64,000 nucleotides of DNA from an uncultured Gammaproteobacteria bacterium (GCA_964635715.1 CAZWNZ010000001.1:344274-408273), one strand, 5' to 3'. Shown: positions 52,344-62,660, counted from the first letter of the stretch. Made by a program: numbers and translations. Notes: generated from the letters alone by a model not told the origin.

Positions 52344-53427
52344 TAATTAACGAGGAATCTCCAAAAGAATAAAATTTGTATTTATCCTCAATTGCTTTTT
52401 GATAAGCTTTACCCATAAGACAGCTTTTAAAATTTTTAAAGTGTTTGTCGGTGTTGGGAAAACTCACAAATGAGGATACTAATGCAATCAATGTCGACTT
52501 GGGTAAATGGAAATTAGTTATCAATCCGTCGACAAATTTGAATTTATAACCCGGATAAATAAAAATATTGGTGGAACCGCTTAGCTTATTGGTCATTAGT
52601 TGTTGATTGCTATCAGCAAGAGACTCAAGAACGCGGGTAGAAGTTGTTCCAACGGAAATTATTCTTTTGCCATTCTTTTTTACCTGGTTTAATCTTTTGA
52701 CAACATTTTTATCAATTTCGTAAGATTCAAAATGCATTGGGTGATCTTCAATATTTTTGGTTTTGACGGGGGCAAACGTTCCCATGCCGACGTGTAGTGT
52801 CACGTATTCTATTTGAACACCTTTAGTTTTTAGTTTAGTCAAAAGTTCTTCCGTAAAGTGAAATCCTGCAGTGGGAGCCGCGACTGAGCCAACGGACTTT
52901 GCATACACTGTTTGGTATTCACGCCTTAAATCTTTTTCCGATTCGGTGGAGTGAATGTAAGGTGGAAGAGGTGTAATCCCGATTTTTTGCAATTTTTCAA
53001 TTAATACATCTTTTGTAATATCAAATCTGACAATCGAAATTTCATCGTATCTTTCAACCACCTTAAAGGAAAATCCTTTAAAGATCACAATCTGACCAAC
53101 TTTCAATCCCGGTTTAGTCAATGATTCCCAAGTAAATTTATCAATATTTTTGTGAAGCAAAATTTCAACTTTGCCCCCGCCGCTTCGGCGCCCTGAGCGA
53201 AGTTGAATGGGTTTTTTGCCAATAATTCTGGCCGGAAATACCTTTGTTTTATTGAGAACCAAAACATCGTTTGAAGTAAAGTAATTTACAATGTCGTAAA
53301 AATGCTTATTTTCAATTTTGCCGGTTTTCCGGTCAATTATCATAAGTCTTGAATGATCGCGTGGACTGGCAGGGGAGTTTGCAACAAGCTCTTTTGGAAG
53401 TGAATAATCAAACAAAGAAATATCCAT
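52339..53427 (-). CDS. queA: S-adenosylmethionine:tRNA ribosyltransferase-isomerase
   Basis: FDYSLP, PLPPYI, YQTVYA, AAPTAG, TLHVG, TNFHLPKST, FYSFGD. Confidence 0.98.
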   Translation of the reverse strand: MDISLFDYSLPKELVANSPASPRDHSRLMIIDRKTGKIENKHFYDIVNYFTSNDVLVLNKTKVFPARIIGKKPIQLRSGRRSGGGKVEILLHKNIDKFTWESLTKPGLKVGQIVIFKGFSFKVVERYDEISIVRFDITKDVLIEKLQKIGITPLPPYIHSTESEKDLRREYQTVYAKSVGSVAAPTAGFHFTEELLTKLKTKGVQIEYVTLHVGMGTFAPVKTKNIEDHPMHFESYEIDKNVVKRLNQVKKNGKRIISVGTTSTRVLESLADSNQQLMTNKLSGSTNIFIYPGYKFKFVDGLITNFHLPKSTLIALVSSFVSFPNTDKHFKNFKSCLMGKAYQKAIEDKYKFYSFGDSSLII

Positions 53428-53479
53428 ATGTAATGGAATTATACGCTCAGAGAAAGTATAATATAACCTTAGTAAGTTT

Positions 53480-53551
53480 GCCGATGTAGCTCAGTGGTAG
53501 AGCACCTGTTTTGTAAACAGGGGGTCGATGGTTCGAATCCATTCGTCGGCT
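53480..53551 (+). tRNA. tRNA-Thr(TGT)
   Basis: Acceptor GCCGATG/CGTCGGC, anticodon arm CCTGT-TTTGTAA-ACAGG. Confidence 0.95.
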
Positions 53552-53665
53552 CTCGTCGAAGTCAGACTTTTGCGTCCCGGGAAATTTTGAAAGGAGTAAC
53601 CGATAAGCGTTAGGATCCAAAACCGTAAAGTTTTGTGATACGATTAGCGCGTCGTGTTACGACGC

Positions 53666-53750
53666 GCTGAGGTGACGGAGCGGTCAATCGTACGAGACTG
53701 TAAATCTCGCGTCCGAAAGGGCTACTCAGGTTCGAATCCTGACCTCAGCA
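53666..53750 (+). tRNA. tRNA-Tyr(GTA)
   Basis: Acceptor GCTGAGG/CCTCAGC, anticodon arm CGAGA-CTGTAAA-TCTCG, long variable arm. Confidence 0.93.
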
Positions 53751-53756
53751 CAAAGT

Positions 53757-53807
53757 TACTCAAGTTCGAATTCCCCTAAGGGGGATCTAAGGACCTGACC
53801 TCAGCAC
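53757..53807 (+). repeat. Duplicate of the tRNA-Tyr 3' end interrupted by a palindrome
   Basis: TACTCAaGTTCGAAT-[TCCCCTAAGGGGGATCTAAGGA]-CCTGACCTCAGCAC. Confidence 0.85.
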
Positions 53808-53826
53808 CGCGTAAACGCAAAAAAAA

Positions 53827-53976
53827 GACCCCGTCTCTAAAAGCCTGGCTGCATTCCTGGATAATCCAGGTGGGTAAGCTGCCGCCCTCGGCATAAAAGC
53901 TTTGGTTGGACTCCGCTTTCCCAATGCACTTTTATTTGATCAGGAAATATAAACCAGATCTTCTATCGACAGGGTC
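53827..53976 (-). ncRNA. ssrS: Probable 6S RNA
   Basis: Terminal stem GACCCTGTC/GACGGGGTC, A/T-rich internal bubble, CCCACCTGG-hairpin-CCAGG segment, extended -10 TGCTATTAT upstream, T-run downstream. Confidence 0.65.
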
Positions 53977-54014
53977 AATTTAATAATAGCATATAGGGTC
54001 AACCAAAAAAGAAT

Positions 54015-54665
54015 TTAAATCAGAGAATATCCGGGGATAAGTATTTTAAGAAAAAAGCTTATAACAGGGCTAATTAGAATACTGGCGATAGAGCCTCCTC
54101 CAAAAATAGGGAATATTAGTAGGAAAGTAAGAATTAAGCCAAAACGCTGCATGATATCTTCAAAAACAACTGACTGTTTTTGGGGTAGTATTCCAGCAAG
54201 TACTTTTCCTCCATCCAAAAATCCGATAGGGATTAAGTTAAACACAGCGAGAGCAATATTGAAGTTTATTAGATAAAAGAACAGTACAAAAAAACCTGTA
54301 TTTGGAAACGGAACGAGTAGTATTCTCAAAAATAGAGACAGGACAGCTGCCATCAGAAGGTTCGATAGTGGCCCCGCTAAAGCGATAATTGCCATATCTT
54401 TTTTTGGGTGTCTTAGATTGTAAGGATCAATTGGTACCGGTTTTGCCCATCCAAATAGGAATGGTGAGCGCATGATAAGTAGAGTGAGAGGGAAAATAAT
54501 ACTTCCAAGAATATCAATGTGGGGAATGGGATTGAGGGTAAGTCTGCCTTTAATTCTAGCAGTAGGATCTCCAAGTCGCTCTGCAACGAGGCCGTGGGCA
54601 ATTTCGTGGATTATAATCGAAAAAGCAAAACCGATGATGCCGATAATGATAACCTGGATATCCAT
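54015..54665 (-). CDS. M50 site-2 intramembrane metalloprotease
   Basis: HEIAHG, GWAKPVP, AGPLSN, FNLIPIGFLDGG. Confidence 0.95.
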   Translation of the reverse strand: MDIQVIIIGIIGFAFSIIIHEIAHGLVAERLGDPTARIKGRLTLNPIPHIDILGSIIFPLTLLIMRSPFLFGWAKPVPIDPYNLRHPKKDMAIIALAGPLSNLLMAAVLSLFLRILLVPFPNTGFFVLFFYLINFNIALAVFNLIPIGFLDGGKVLAGILPQKQSVVFEDIMQRFGLILTFLLIFPIFGGGSIASILISPVISFFLKILIPGYSLI

Positions 54666-54719
54666 TGCGATAAAGAGTAGTTAATAGTATAATATCGTCT
54701 ATCTCAAAGAGCAAAACAT

Positions 54720-54977
54720 ATGGCATATATTTGCGACAATTGCGAAAAAGGAATAGTTCATGGTAGGCAGAGCAGCCACGGACGCGGTGTTGCCGGTAAA
54801 AGATGGAAAAAACGTGCCCAAAAGACTTCGAGAGTTTTTAAACCCAATCTTCAGAGGATTGCTGTTATCGTAGACGGAAAGAGTTCTCAGATGAGACTTT
54901 GTACTTCTTGCATCTCAAAATTTAGAAAATTGGGGAAAATTAAAAAACCTCAGATAACAAAAACTGCTTCTTTATAA
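54720..54977 (+). CDS. rpmB: 50S ribosomal protein L28
   Basis: CDNC.K, RVFKPNLQ, LCTSC. Confidence 0.93.
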   Translation: MAYICDNCEKGIVHGRQSSHGRGVAGKRWKKRAQKTSRVFKPNLQRIAVIVDGKSSQMRLCTSCISKFRKLGKIKKPQITKTASL

Positions 54978-54996
54978 GATTAAGCATAGCTTGGCA

Positions 54997-55875
54997 CTAC
55001 TTCACAAATTGTGCAGTAGTGTAACCTTCTTTAAATTGTTTCCAGGAAACAGGATCTTTTCCCTCAAGTTGAACTTCATCCAAAACAAGCTTGCCTTCCT
55101 CGATATGACTTTTAAGTAATTTCAGTCTTTTTTGGGCTTGCCCTTCCGAAGCTGATAAGCGAAGGAGGGTCCAGGCGCCGGGCCAAGGCTGCATAGCGCG
55201 GATGAATCTTTCAATTTCTTCGGGGGATGTCTTGTTTATATCAATAAAACCGTCTTCCTTTTTCATCAATTTTGTAAATGTAGCAGCGGAATCATCTTGA
55301 GTTTTAAGCTTGATTTTGCCTTGAATATAGAAAGGTAACATTTCAACCAAAACTTCAGCTGATTTTTCAAAAATACGATTCCTTAAGGTGTTGGAAGTGT
55401 CAGTTGGAAGAATTTCTTCTTTAAATTGGGTAACAATTGGACCGTGGTCCATTTTTTCATCCATTTTAATTATCGAACAACCGGTAATGGCATCACCATT
55501 CATAATAGCTGCGGGAACAGGAGAAGCTCCGCGGTATTTAGGTAATAGTGAGGGGTGAATTACCAAAATTCCCTGGGAAAAAAAATTTATAACATCTTTT
55601 CTTATAATTTCACCATACGATGCTAAAATCCCCAGAGTAGCCTCGTGTGAATTTTCCAGAAGATCGTTTGCAGAATAATAAATAGGAATATTATGTTCAT
55701 GTGCCCATTTATCAATGGGAGAATAGGCCAGTATTTGTTTCCTACCGATGGGTTTGGGACTTTGTGTAACAACAGCCACAATGGGAGATTTCCCCGGGCC
55801 TGTAACAAATTTTTTATGCACAGACTTTAAAATTGGAAGTACATATTCTGGTGTACCGAAAAATACTATTTTCAT
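54997..55875 (-). CDS. fmt: Methionyl-tRNA formyltransferase
   Basis: IVFFGTP, HPSLLPKYRGASP, MDHGPI, PWPGAWT. Confidence 0.97.
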   Translation of the reverse strand: MKIVFFGTPEYVLPILKSVHKKFVTGPGKSPIVAVVTQSPKPIGRKQILAYSPIDKWAHEHNIPIYYSANDLLENSHEATLGILASYGEIIRKDVINFFSQGILVIHPSLLPKYRGASPVPAAIMNGDAITGCSIIKMDEKMDHGPIVTQFKEEILPTDTSNTLRNRIFEKSAEVLVEMLPFYIQGKIKLKTQDDSAATFTKLMKKEDGFIDINKTSPEEIERFIRAMQPWPGAWTLLRLSASEGQAQKRLKLLKSHIEEGKLVLDEVQLEGKDPVSWKQFKEGYTTAQFVK

Positions 55876-55917
55876 AATTAATTCAATCCCTCGATTCCAC
55901 TCGGGATGTCGCTTTCT

Positions 55918-56451
55918 TTAAGAAAGCTCCACCTCCTCCCATTCTTCACCCTCAATTTTATATAACGGTCTACCCTCGCTTAAAAGATGGTCTATAAAGA
56001 GAATTCCTTCAAGATGGTCGATTTCGTGCAAGACTATTTGAGCATGAAAACCTGTAAAAGTTTCGGTTAAGCTTTCTCCATTTTCATTTAGATATTTGAT
56101 TGTAACTTTCGGGGCGCGTTTCAAAGGTCCGTAATAATAGGGAAGTGAAAGGCATCCTTCCAGTATTTCTTTTTTACTTTTCTTCTTCAATTCTGACCCG
56201 CTTGTTTTTTCAATCTTGATAATTTCGGGATTAATAGCAACTCTCTCAAAACTTTTGTAACTAGCCACAAATATTCTCAAATTTTTCCCAATTTGAGGAG
56301 CCGCAAGGGCAACACCTTCGGGATCTTTTTGCACACTTAAAGTATCTTTCATGTCCCTGATGAGGTCTTTAATTTTTTTATCTATTTTTCTTACGGGTTT
56401 TGATTTACGTCGCAATATAGGATCGCTGGAAAACACAATTTTTCGAATCAT
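55918..56451 (-). CDS. def: Peptide deformylase
   Basis: GVALAAPQIG, EGCLS, HEIDHLEG. Confidence 0.97.
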   Translation of the reverse strand: MIRKIVFSSDPILRRKSKPVRKIDKKIKDLIRDMKDTLSVQKDPEGVALAAPQIGKNLRIFVASYKSFERVAINPEIIKIEKTSGSELKKKSKKEILEGCLSLPYYYGPLKRAPKVTIKYLNENGESLTETFTGFHAQIVLHEIDHLEGILFIDHLLSEGRPLYKIEGEEWEEVELS

Positions 56452-56476
56452 GCCTGAATTATATCAAAAAATCGGC

Positions 56477-58555
56477 CTATTTAACACTTTCAAGATACTG
56501 TTTTGCTATCGAATCATTGGGATCGAGGTTTGTTAGTATATATTCAAGTTGTGTTTTGGCCTCGTTATAGTAATCGGCGTCTATTAAAAGAATCGCATAT
56601 GCCAATCTTGCTTCCTTGTAATTTGGTTTTAATTCAACTGCTTCATTTAGTAATTGAAGAGCTGGTTTATTTTCCCCGATCCTGGAATAGATCAAACCCA
56701 GGTTGTAATGAAGTTTAGCGTCGGTTGGGGCTTGTTCGACTGCGGTTACCAATATATCTTTCGCATCGAGTAAATAATTGATATCTATTGATGAAAGCAT
56801 AACAAAAACCCCAAATTCTATTCTTTTAAGATTTACATTTGCAGGAGTAAGATTGACGGACTTTATTGAATTATCAATTGCAATTTTTGCAAATTTTGCT
56901 GCTGTAGTAGACTCTTCTGCTTCGTTGTATGCCAAAGCCAGATTTACATAGCTTTTTGAAAGCTCTGAATAATAAATACTTTGACGGGGTTGAAGTTTTA
57001 TTGCTTTATTTAGATAGTCGGTTGCAATATCTTGTCTGTTTACTTTATTATAGCTTGCACCTTTGGCGTAAAGAGTGTCCGCATACCAGTAGCGGCAGGT
57101 CAAAATAAACAAAAATAGGGCAAAAAAGGCAATTATCCAGCTAAACGTTTTTTGATTGGCAGTTAAAAATATTTTTCCTTTTGTTTGGTCATTTTCGGTT
57201 AAATAAATAACCACAGTGAGCGCAGGATACAGATAAAACAAAATCTGTACAGGTACTACGGAAAATCCGAAGAAGTTGGTAATAAGAATTGAAATATAAC
57301 CGGAGAGTAAACCGGCAATTATCAATTTCCAATTATCAATTTCCAATTTTTCTGATTTGGCATTGGTATTTATTTGATACTGGTATTTATTTGGAATAGT
57401 GATCATTAGATAAATTGAAAACCCGATTACAGCTAAATATGTCAACAGACCGACAAAACCGGCATTGGCAAGATGGTTGAGGTATTCGTTGTGAGCTTTA
57501 TTGTATATATAATCCCACTCGGAAGTTAGGTTGTGTTCAGTTGGGCGGTATAGGTAGTAAGAGTAGGCAAAAGTTTCGACACCTGTTCCAAATACAGGAT
57601 AATGCTTCCATATATCAATGGCTCCTTTCCAAACTATTTTGCGTATAGTTCCAGATTCGGTTCCTCCGGTTTCCAAAACAGTTGCTCCTGTTTGCATTTC
57701 AGCGGCAGTTTGTTTTAATTGAACCTTTTTAAACAAATCAACAATATTTGGTGTAAATTGTGTGCCAAAAATTAATGCCGCTATGGCAATAAAAATATTG
57801 ATTGTTAGGAAGTTTTTAATGGATTTCGATTTGTATTTTAAAAAAATAACTCCCCAGAAAATTATTTCTGCTGCCATAAATCCTATGAGTCCGGATCTTG
57901 ATTTGGTAAATAACAAAACAATAAAAAATAAAGTAGAAAGAATGTAGGGGACGGCTGTCTTTAAACTTAATTTTTCATTTTTGCCATCTAAAATATACGA
58001 CCACGTAACCGGAATTAAAGCTACCAGCCAAGCTGCCAGCCAATTGGGTTGTCCAAGGGTAGAGAAGACTCTGGATTGAACATCCTGCTGCCAGATATTT
58101 TTATCTATTCCCCAATGCTCCAATACACCGTAAATAGAAACCAAAGCGGCAGACAAAAAAGTAATATTAATAATTTTTTTCACTTTTACACCCTGGATAT
58201 TTGAAACGAATGCCCAGTATAAGAGTAGGTAGGAAATGGTAGACAGCAGCCCTCCATTAAATCTTGAATAATAGCCGAACAGTGATGTGTAAGGGTCTAT
58301 AGAGAAAAGAGTAGAAAGTACCTGCGACCCAAAAAAAAGCAGTAAGGGAATATCCAATATTGTGCGACGAAATATAAATTTTCTTTGCCATATCATTTTT
58401 ACGGTCCAGACGGCAACAATACAAATCACCAGAATATAAACAGTAATTATTTTGTTAAATTCGAAAAGTTCGGAGTTAAAAGGCCACAAGATTAATGGGA
58501 CCAGAAAAAACAAAATATAAAATAGAATTTCAATGGTTCTTTGGAGAGATTTCAC
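56477..58555 (-). CDS. O-antigen-ligase-like membrane protein with C-terminal TPR repeats
   Basis: RVFSTLGQPNWLA, TKSRSG, FGTGVETF, AHNEYL; TPR-like helices; GTG start at 58555 inferred. Confidence 0.88.
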   Translation of the reverse strand: MKSLQRTIEILFYILFFLVPLILWPFNSELFEFNKIITVYILVICIVAVWTVKMIWQRKFIFRRTILDIPLLLFFGSQVLSTLFSIDPYTSLFGYYSRFNGGLLSTISYLLLYWAFVSNIQGVKVKKIINITFLSAALVSIYGVLEHWGIDKNIWQQDVQSRVFSTLGQPNWLAAWLVALIPVTWSYILDGKNEKLSLKTAVPYILSTLFFIVLLFTKSRSGLIGFMAAEIIFWGVIFLKYKSKSIKNFLTINIFIAIAALIFGTQFTPNIVDLFKKVQLKQTAAEMQTGATVLETGGTESGTIRKIVWKGAIDIWKHYPVFGTGVETFAYSYYLYRPTEHNLTSEWDYIYNKAHNEYLNHLANAGFVGLLTYLAVIGFSIYLMITIPNKYQYQINTNAKSEKLEIDNWKLIIAGLLSGYISILITNFFGFSVVPVQILFYLYPALTVVIYLTENDQTKGKIFLTANQKTFSWIIAFFALFLFILTCRYWYADTLYAKGASYNKVNRQDIATDYLNKAIKLQPRQSIYYSELSKSYVNLALAYNEAEESTTAAKFAKIAIDNSIKSVNLTPANVNLKRIEFGVFVMLSSIDINYLLDAKDILVTAVEQAPTDAKLHYNLGLIYSRIGENKPALQLLNEAVELKPNYKEARLAYAILLIDADYYNEAKTQLEYILTNLDPNDSIAKQYLESVK

Positions 58556-58667
58556 AATAAAATTGTAACACATATAACAATAAACCCTTTGCATCTTTGC
58601 GGCAAATGAGTATACTCCTGGTACAAGGAATTTATATAATTAAGTCGGAGTTTCCTTGAAATCTATT

Positions 58668-59744
58668 ATGAAAATTATTAATCCAATAGACAGATTTTTA
58701 GGATTGTTTTCTCACGACATTGGTATTGATTTGGGTACAGCTAACACGCTAGTTTATGTTAGGGGAAAAGGAATTGTAATAAGAGAACCTTCAGCAGTAG
58801 CCAGACATAAAAAAACCAAGGAAATATTAGCGATAGGAACTTCGGCAAAAAAAATGATTGGTAGAGCTCCGGCATCAATTGATGTTGTTAGACCATTGCG
58901 TGACGGTGTGATTTCGGATTTTGACGCAACAGCTTCAATGCTTTCCTACTATATTAAGAAGGTTCATGAATCAGGAAATACCTTTCCTCAAATCCCGAGA
59001 CCGAAAGTTATTATAGGTATACCGTCGGGTGTTACAGAAGTGGAAAGAAGAGCCGTTGCGGAAGCAGCTCTTGATGCCGGAGCGCGTGAAGCTAATCTAA
59101 TTGAAGAACCTATGGCGGCTGCTATAGGGGCAGGGCTTCCGATTGAAGGACCGGAAGGTAATTTTATTGTCGATATTGGTGGCGGAACGACCGAGATTGC
59201 TGTAATTTCACTGGGTGGAATTGTGCTCGGTAGGAGTGTGAGAATAGCCGGAGATGAAATGGATGAAGCAGTTATCAATTATGTACGCTTAAAATATTCG
59301 CTTTTGTTGGGCCAGCCCACGGCAGAGTCGGTTAAAATTGGGATTGGCGAAGCAGGTAGGGGTAATAATGATGTCATTAAGAATGAACAGAAATTCACCG
59401 TGGTTCGCGGAAGGGATTTAGAAACCGGCCTTCCAAAATCTATTAAACTCACCAGTGAAGAAATAAAAGAAGCTCTCAGCCCAATGCTTCAGGAAATTGT
59501 TGGCAATATTGTTGATGCACTTGAAGAAACTCCACCGGAGCTTACCAGCGACATAATGGAAAGGGGAATTGTTTTGGCAGGCGGAGGATCACTTATTTCA
59601 GGAATAGAAAAGACAATATCAGATATTACAAAAATGCCTGTTTGGGTGGCCGACGATCCTTTGACTTGTGTAGTTAGGGGTTGTGGTAAATGTCTTGAAG
59701 ACAATGGTCTTCTTAAAAAAATCAGAGTGACCAAAGGCTTCTGA
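58668..59744 (+). CDS. mreB: Rod shape-determining protein MreB (paralogue 2)
   Basis: FLGLFSHDIGIDLGTANT, EPMAAAIG, DIGGGTTE. Confidence 0.97.
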   Translation: MKIINPIDRFLGLFSHDIGIDLGTANTLVYVRGKGIVIREPSAVARHKKTKEILAIGTSAKKMIGRAPASIDVVRPLRDGVISDFDATASMLSYYIKKVHESGNTFPQIPRPKVIIGIPSGVTEVERRAVAEAALDAGAREANLIEEPMAAAIGAGLPIEGPEGNFIVDIGGGTTEIAVISLGGIVLGRSVRIAGDEMDEAVINYVRLKYSLLLGQPTAESVKIGIGEAGRGNNDVIKNEQKFTVVRGRDLETGLPKSIKLTSEEIKEALSPMLQEIVGNIVDALEETPPELTSDIMERGIVLAGGGSLISGIEKTISDITKMPVWVADDPLTCVVRGCGKCLEDNGLLKKIRVTKGF

Positions 59745-59781
59745 ATTGATAATTGATAAACGATAACTGATAATTGAAAGT

Positions 59782-61449
59782 ATGCATTTATTATCCTCGG
59801 ATGTTAAACAATCCTGGCTTTCCTGGTTTTTAAGGGGGGTTCTAATACTTGTTTTTTTGGTTCTTCTAGCAAAGCTTGTTGAAATGCAAATGATTAAAGG
59901 TGACTACTATCGCAAACTTTCTGAGGAAAATAGGATACGCAGGGTGACAATTCCCGCTGAGAGAGGAAAGATTTTAGCAAAAGGCGGAGAAGTACTGGCG
60001 GGAAATACTACAGTTACCAAAAGAGTGTTATTTACCAAAGAGGGAGGTTTTACTCTTTCGGAAGATCTGACGGGAGCTACCGGTGAAGAAATGGTTGTGG
60101 ATTACAAAAGATACTATCCATTGTCCGATAAATTTTCTCAAGCATTGGGATATCTGGCAAAAGTTGGTGATGAAGAAGCTGAAAAAGTAAATCCAGATTG
60201 TCCTGAGAAGGGAGTTAGGTCGGGAGAATTTCTTGTTGGCAAAACCGGATTAGAGGGTGCATACGAATGTCTCTTGTCGGGTACTCCGGGCGAAAAAATA
60301 ATTGAAGTGGATGCCTCTGGCAAAGAAGTTAGAATTTTGGGCAAAACGGATCCGATCCCTGGTCGCAATCTACAAACAACGGTAGATTACAGTTTACAGA
60401 TAAAGTTGGCGGACGAAATGAATGGCCAAAAAGGTGCTGCCATAGTGACAGGTGGAAATGGAGAAATTTTAGCCTATTATTCATACCCGACTTTTGATCC
60501 AAATATTTTTGTTAGTGAGGGAAACAGTGAAAAAATAACCGGTCTTTTTAATAATCCCGATTTGCCGTTTTTTAATCGGGTTATAGGTGGAACTTTTCAT
60601 CCCGGATCGGTTTTTAAACCCTTGGTTGCTTTAGCTGCTCTGGAAGAAGGGGTAATCGATGCGGAATTTACTTATAACGATGAGGGATATATACGGGTAA
60701 ACGAGTATATTTATAATAACTGGTATTTTACGGAATATGGAAACACGGAAGGTTCTATTAATCTTACTAGGGCGATTGCACGCTCAACTGACACCTTCTT
60801 TTATGCGATAGGTCAGATGGTTGGTCCGGAAAATATAGCCAAATGGGCTCACAGTTTTGGTGTTGATGATCGTACTGGAATAGATATTGCGGGTGAGGTT
60901 AGTGGGCTGATTCCTACTCCGGATTGGAAAAAGATGGTTAAAAACGAATCTTGGTTTTTGGGAAACACTTATCATATGTCAATTGGTCAGGGTGATGTGG
61001 CTGTGACACCAATTGAAATTAACAATTATATCTCTGCGATTGCGACTGACGGCAGATTATGTACACCACATTTTTACAAATCCGGGGATTTTCAGTGCAA
61101 AAAAATAAATGTAAAACAGCAAAATATCCAGTTGGTTACAAGAGGTATGATTGATGCCTGTTCAAGTGGTGGTACGGCCTATACTTTTTTCGATTTTGCC
61201 AATAAACACAACGGTATCGAAGTTGCTTGCAAAACAGGAACAGCGGAAGTAAGCACGGATGGAGAGCCGCATGCGTGGTTTACCTTTTTTGCTCCGGCTG
61301 AAGATCCACAAATGATTATGACTGTTTTGATAGAAAAAGGCGGTCAGGGTTCATCGGTCGCCGGTCCTGTCGCCAGAGAAGTGGCAGATTATTATTTTGC
61401 ATCTTTCGGACCGGAAAACCCTCAGAATGTTGATATGACAGGAAATTAA
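59782..61449 (+). CDS. mrdA: Penicillin-binding protein 2 (class B transpeptidase)
   Basis: TM helix, RGKI, GKTGLE, PGSVFKP (SxxK), STD (SxD), KTGTA. Confidence 0.92.
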   Translation: MHLLSSDVKQSWLSWFLRGVLILVFLVLLAKLVEMQMIKGDYYRKLSEENRIRRVTIPAERGKILAKGGEVLAGNTTVTKRVLFTKEGGFTLSEDLTGATGEEMVVDYKRYYPLSDKFSQALGYLAKVGDEEAEKVNPDCPEKGVRSGEFLVGKTGLEGAYECLLSGTPGEKIIEVDASGKEVRILGKTDPIPGRNLQTTVDYSLQIKLADEMNGQKGAAIVTGGNGEILAYYSYPTFDPNIFVSEGNSEKITGLFNNPDLPFFNRVIGGTFHPGSVFKPLVALAALEEGVIDAEFTYNDEGYIRVNEYIYNNWYFTEYGNTEGSINLTRAIARSTDTFFYAIGQMVGPENIAKWAHSFGVDDRTGIDIAGEVSGLIPTPDWKKMVKNESWFLGNTYHMSIGQGDVAVTPIEINNYISAIATDGRLCTPHFYKSGDFQCKKINVKQQNIQLVTRGMIDACSSGGTAYTFFDFANKHNGIEVACKTGTAEVSTDGEPHAWFTFFAPAEDPQMIMTVLIEKGGQGSSVAGPVAREVADYYFASFGPENPQNVDMTGN

Positions 61450-61468
61450 GTTTTAATATAAGAATAAG

Positions 61469-62551
61469 GTGACCGAAAAAGAATATTTAATTGCGACCGC
61501 GGCTTTTACTTATTTTGGGCCTGTTAGAATAAGGCTTCTTGTCTCTTACTTCAAGACTGCAAAAAGAGTTTGGGAAAGTTCAAGATCGGAACTTTTAAAA
61601 ATTGGACTTCCGGAAAAAAAAGTTACGGAATTTATCGATTTTAGAAAAAAATTTCAACATGAACTATATTTCAAAAGGCTTGAAAAACTTGGAATAAAAA
61701 CAACTACTTATATAGATAAAGATTTTCCTACCAATTTGAAAAACCTATCCGGTGCCCCGGTAGTTTTGTATTATAAAGGTTCTATTTCAAGTCTTAAGAG
61801 AAATTCTGTGGCTGTTGTGGGAGCAAGAAAGATGACTTCATATGGTAGAGAAGTTGCCGAAAATTTTTCCGGCACCTTAGCGAGTTTTGGCGTAACAATT
61901 ATTTCAGGGCTGGCTCATGGAGTTGACACAGTGGCTCACAAGGCTTGTTTGCTTGCCGGTGGAAATACAATTGCTGTTTTGGGTTGTGGATTGGATTATA
62001 TTTTCCCGACAGAAAATACTATTCTTGCCGGGGAAATTGTTAAAAAGGGTGGTGCCTTAATCAGTGAGTACCCTTTAGGATATCCGGCGTTGCCTCCAAA
62101 CTTTGCCGTAAGAAATAGAATCATTTCCGGACTATCTACATGTGTGTTAGTTATTGAAGGTGCTGAAAAAAGCGGAACTCTTCTAACAGCAAGTCACGCA
62201 GCTGATCAGGGGAAAACAGTTTTTGCGGTTCCTGGGCAAATTACATCACCCTTGTCTGGCGCCCCGCTGTACTTACTAAGGAATGGCGCAAAAATAGCAA
62301 CTGAGCCAAGAGACATACTTGATGAATTAGATATGGAGGTAAAGGTTGACAGGGAAAAAATGGAAAAAGTAGTTCCCGACAATCCTATGGAGGAAAAGCT
62401 TATGAAATATTTAGAAACAGAACCTTACCATCTTGACGAGCTTGTTAGAATAACAGGTAGTCAAACTTCTGAAATTTCTGCTAGACTGACTATCATGGAA
62501 ATGAAGGGCCTGGTTAGAAATTTGGGAGGAGGAAAATACAAACGAGTTTAA
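61469..62551 (+). CDS. dprA: DNA processing protein DprA
   Basis: AVVGAR, ISGLAHGVD, RNRIISGLS, SGTLLTA, C-terminal winged helix. Confidence 0.97.
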   Translation: MTEKEYLIATAAFTYFGPVRIRLLVSYFKTAKRVWESSRSELLKIGLPEKKVTEFIDFRKKFQHELYFKRLEKLGIKTTTYIDKDFPTNLKNLSGAPVVLYYKGSISSLKRNSVAVVGARKMTSYGREVAENFSGTLASFGVTIISGLAHGVDTVAHKACLLAGGNTIAVLGCGLDYIFPTENTILAGEIVKKGGALISEYPLGYPALPPNFAVRNRIISGLSTCVLVIEGAEKSGTLLTASHAADQGKTVFAVPGQITSPLSGAPLYLLRNGAKIATEPRDILDELDMEVKVDREKMEKVVPDNPMEEKLMKYLETEPYHLDELVRITGSQTSEISARLTIMEMKGLVRNLGGGKYKRV

Positions 62552-62660
62552 TAAATACCAATGAACACCAATAAACAAATAAATACAAATGCCCAATACG
62601 TAACAAACCCCGTTTTGGGAATTGGATTATTGGTACTTATTGGTAGTATTAGTAATTATC
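62549..62660. repeat. AT-rich 10-mer hairpin element
   Basis: AATAAATACC AATGAACACC AATAAAC...ATTGGTACTTATTGGTAGTATT. Confidence 0.7.
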
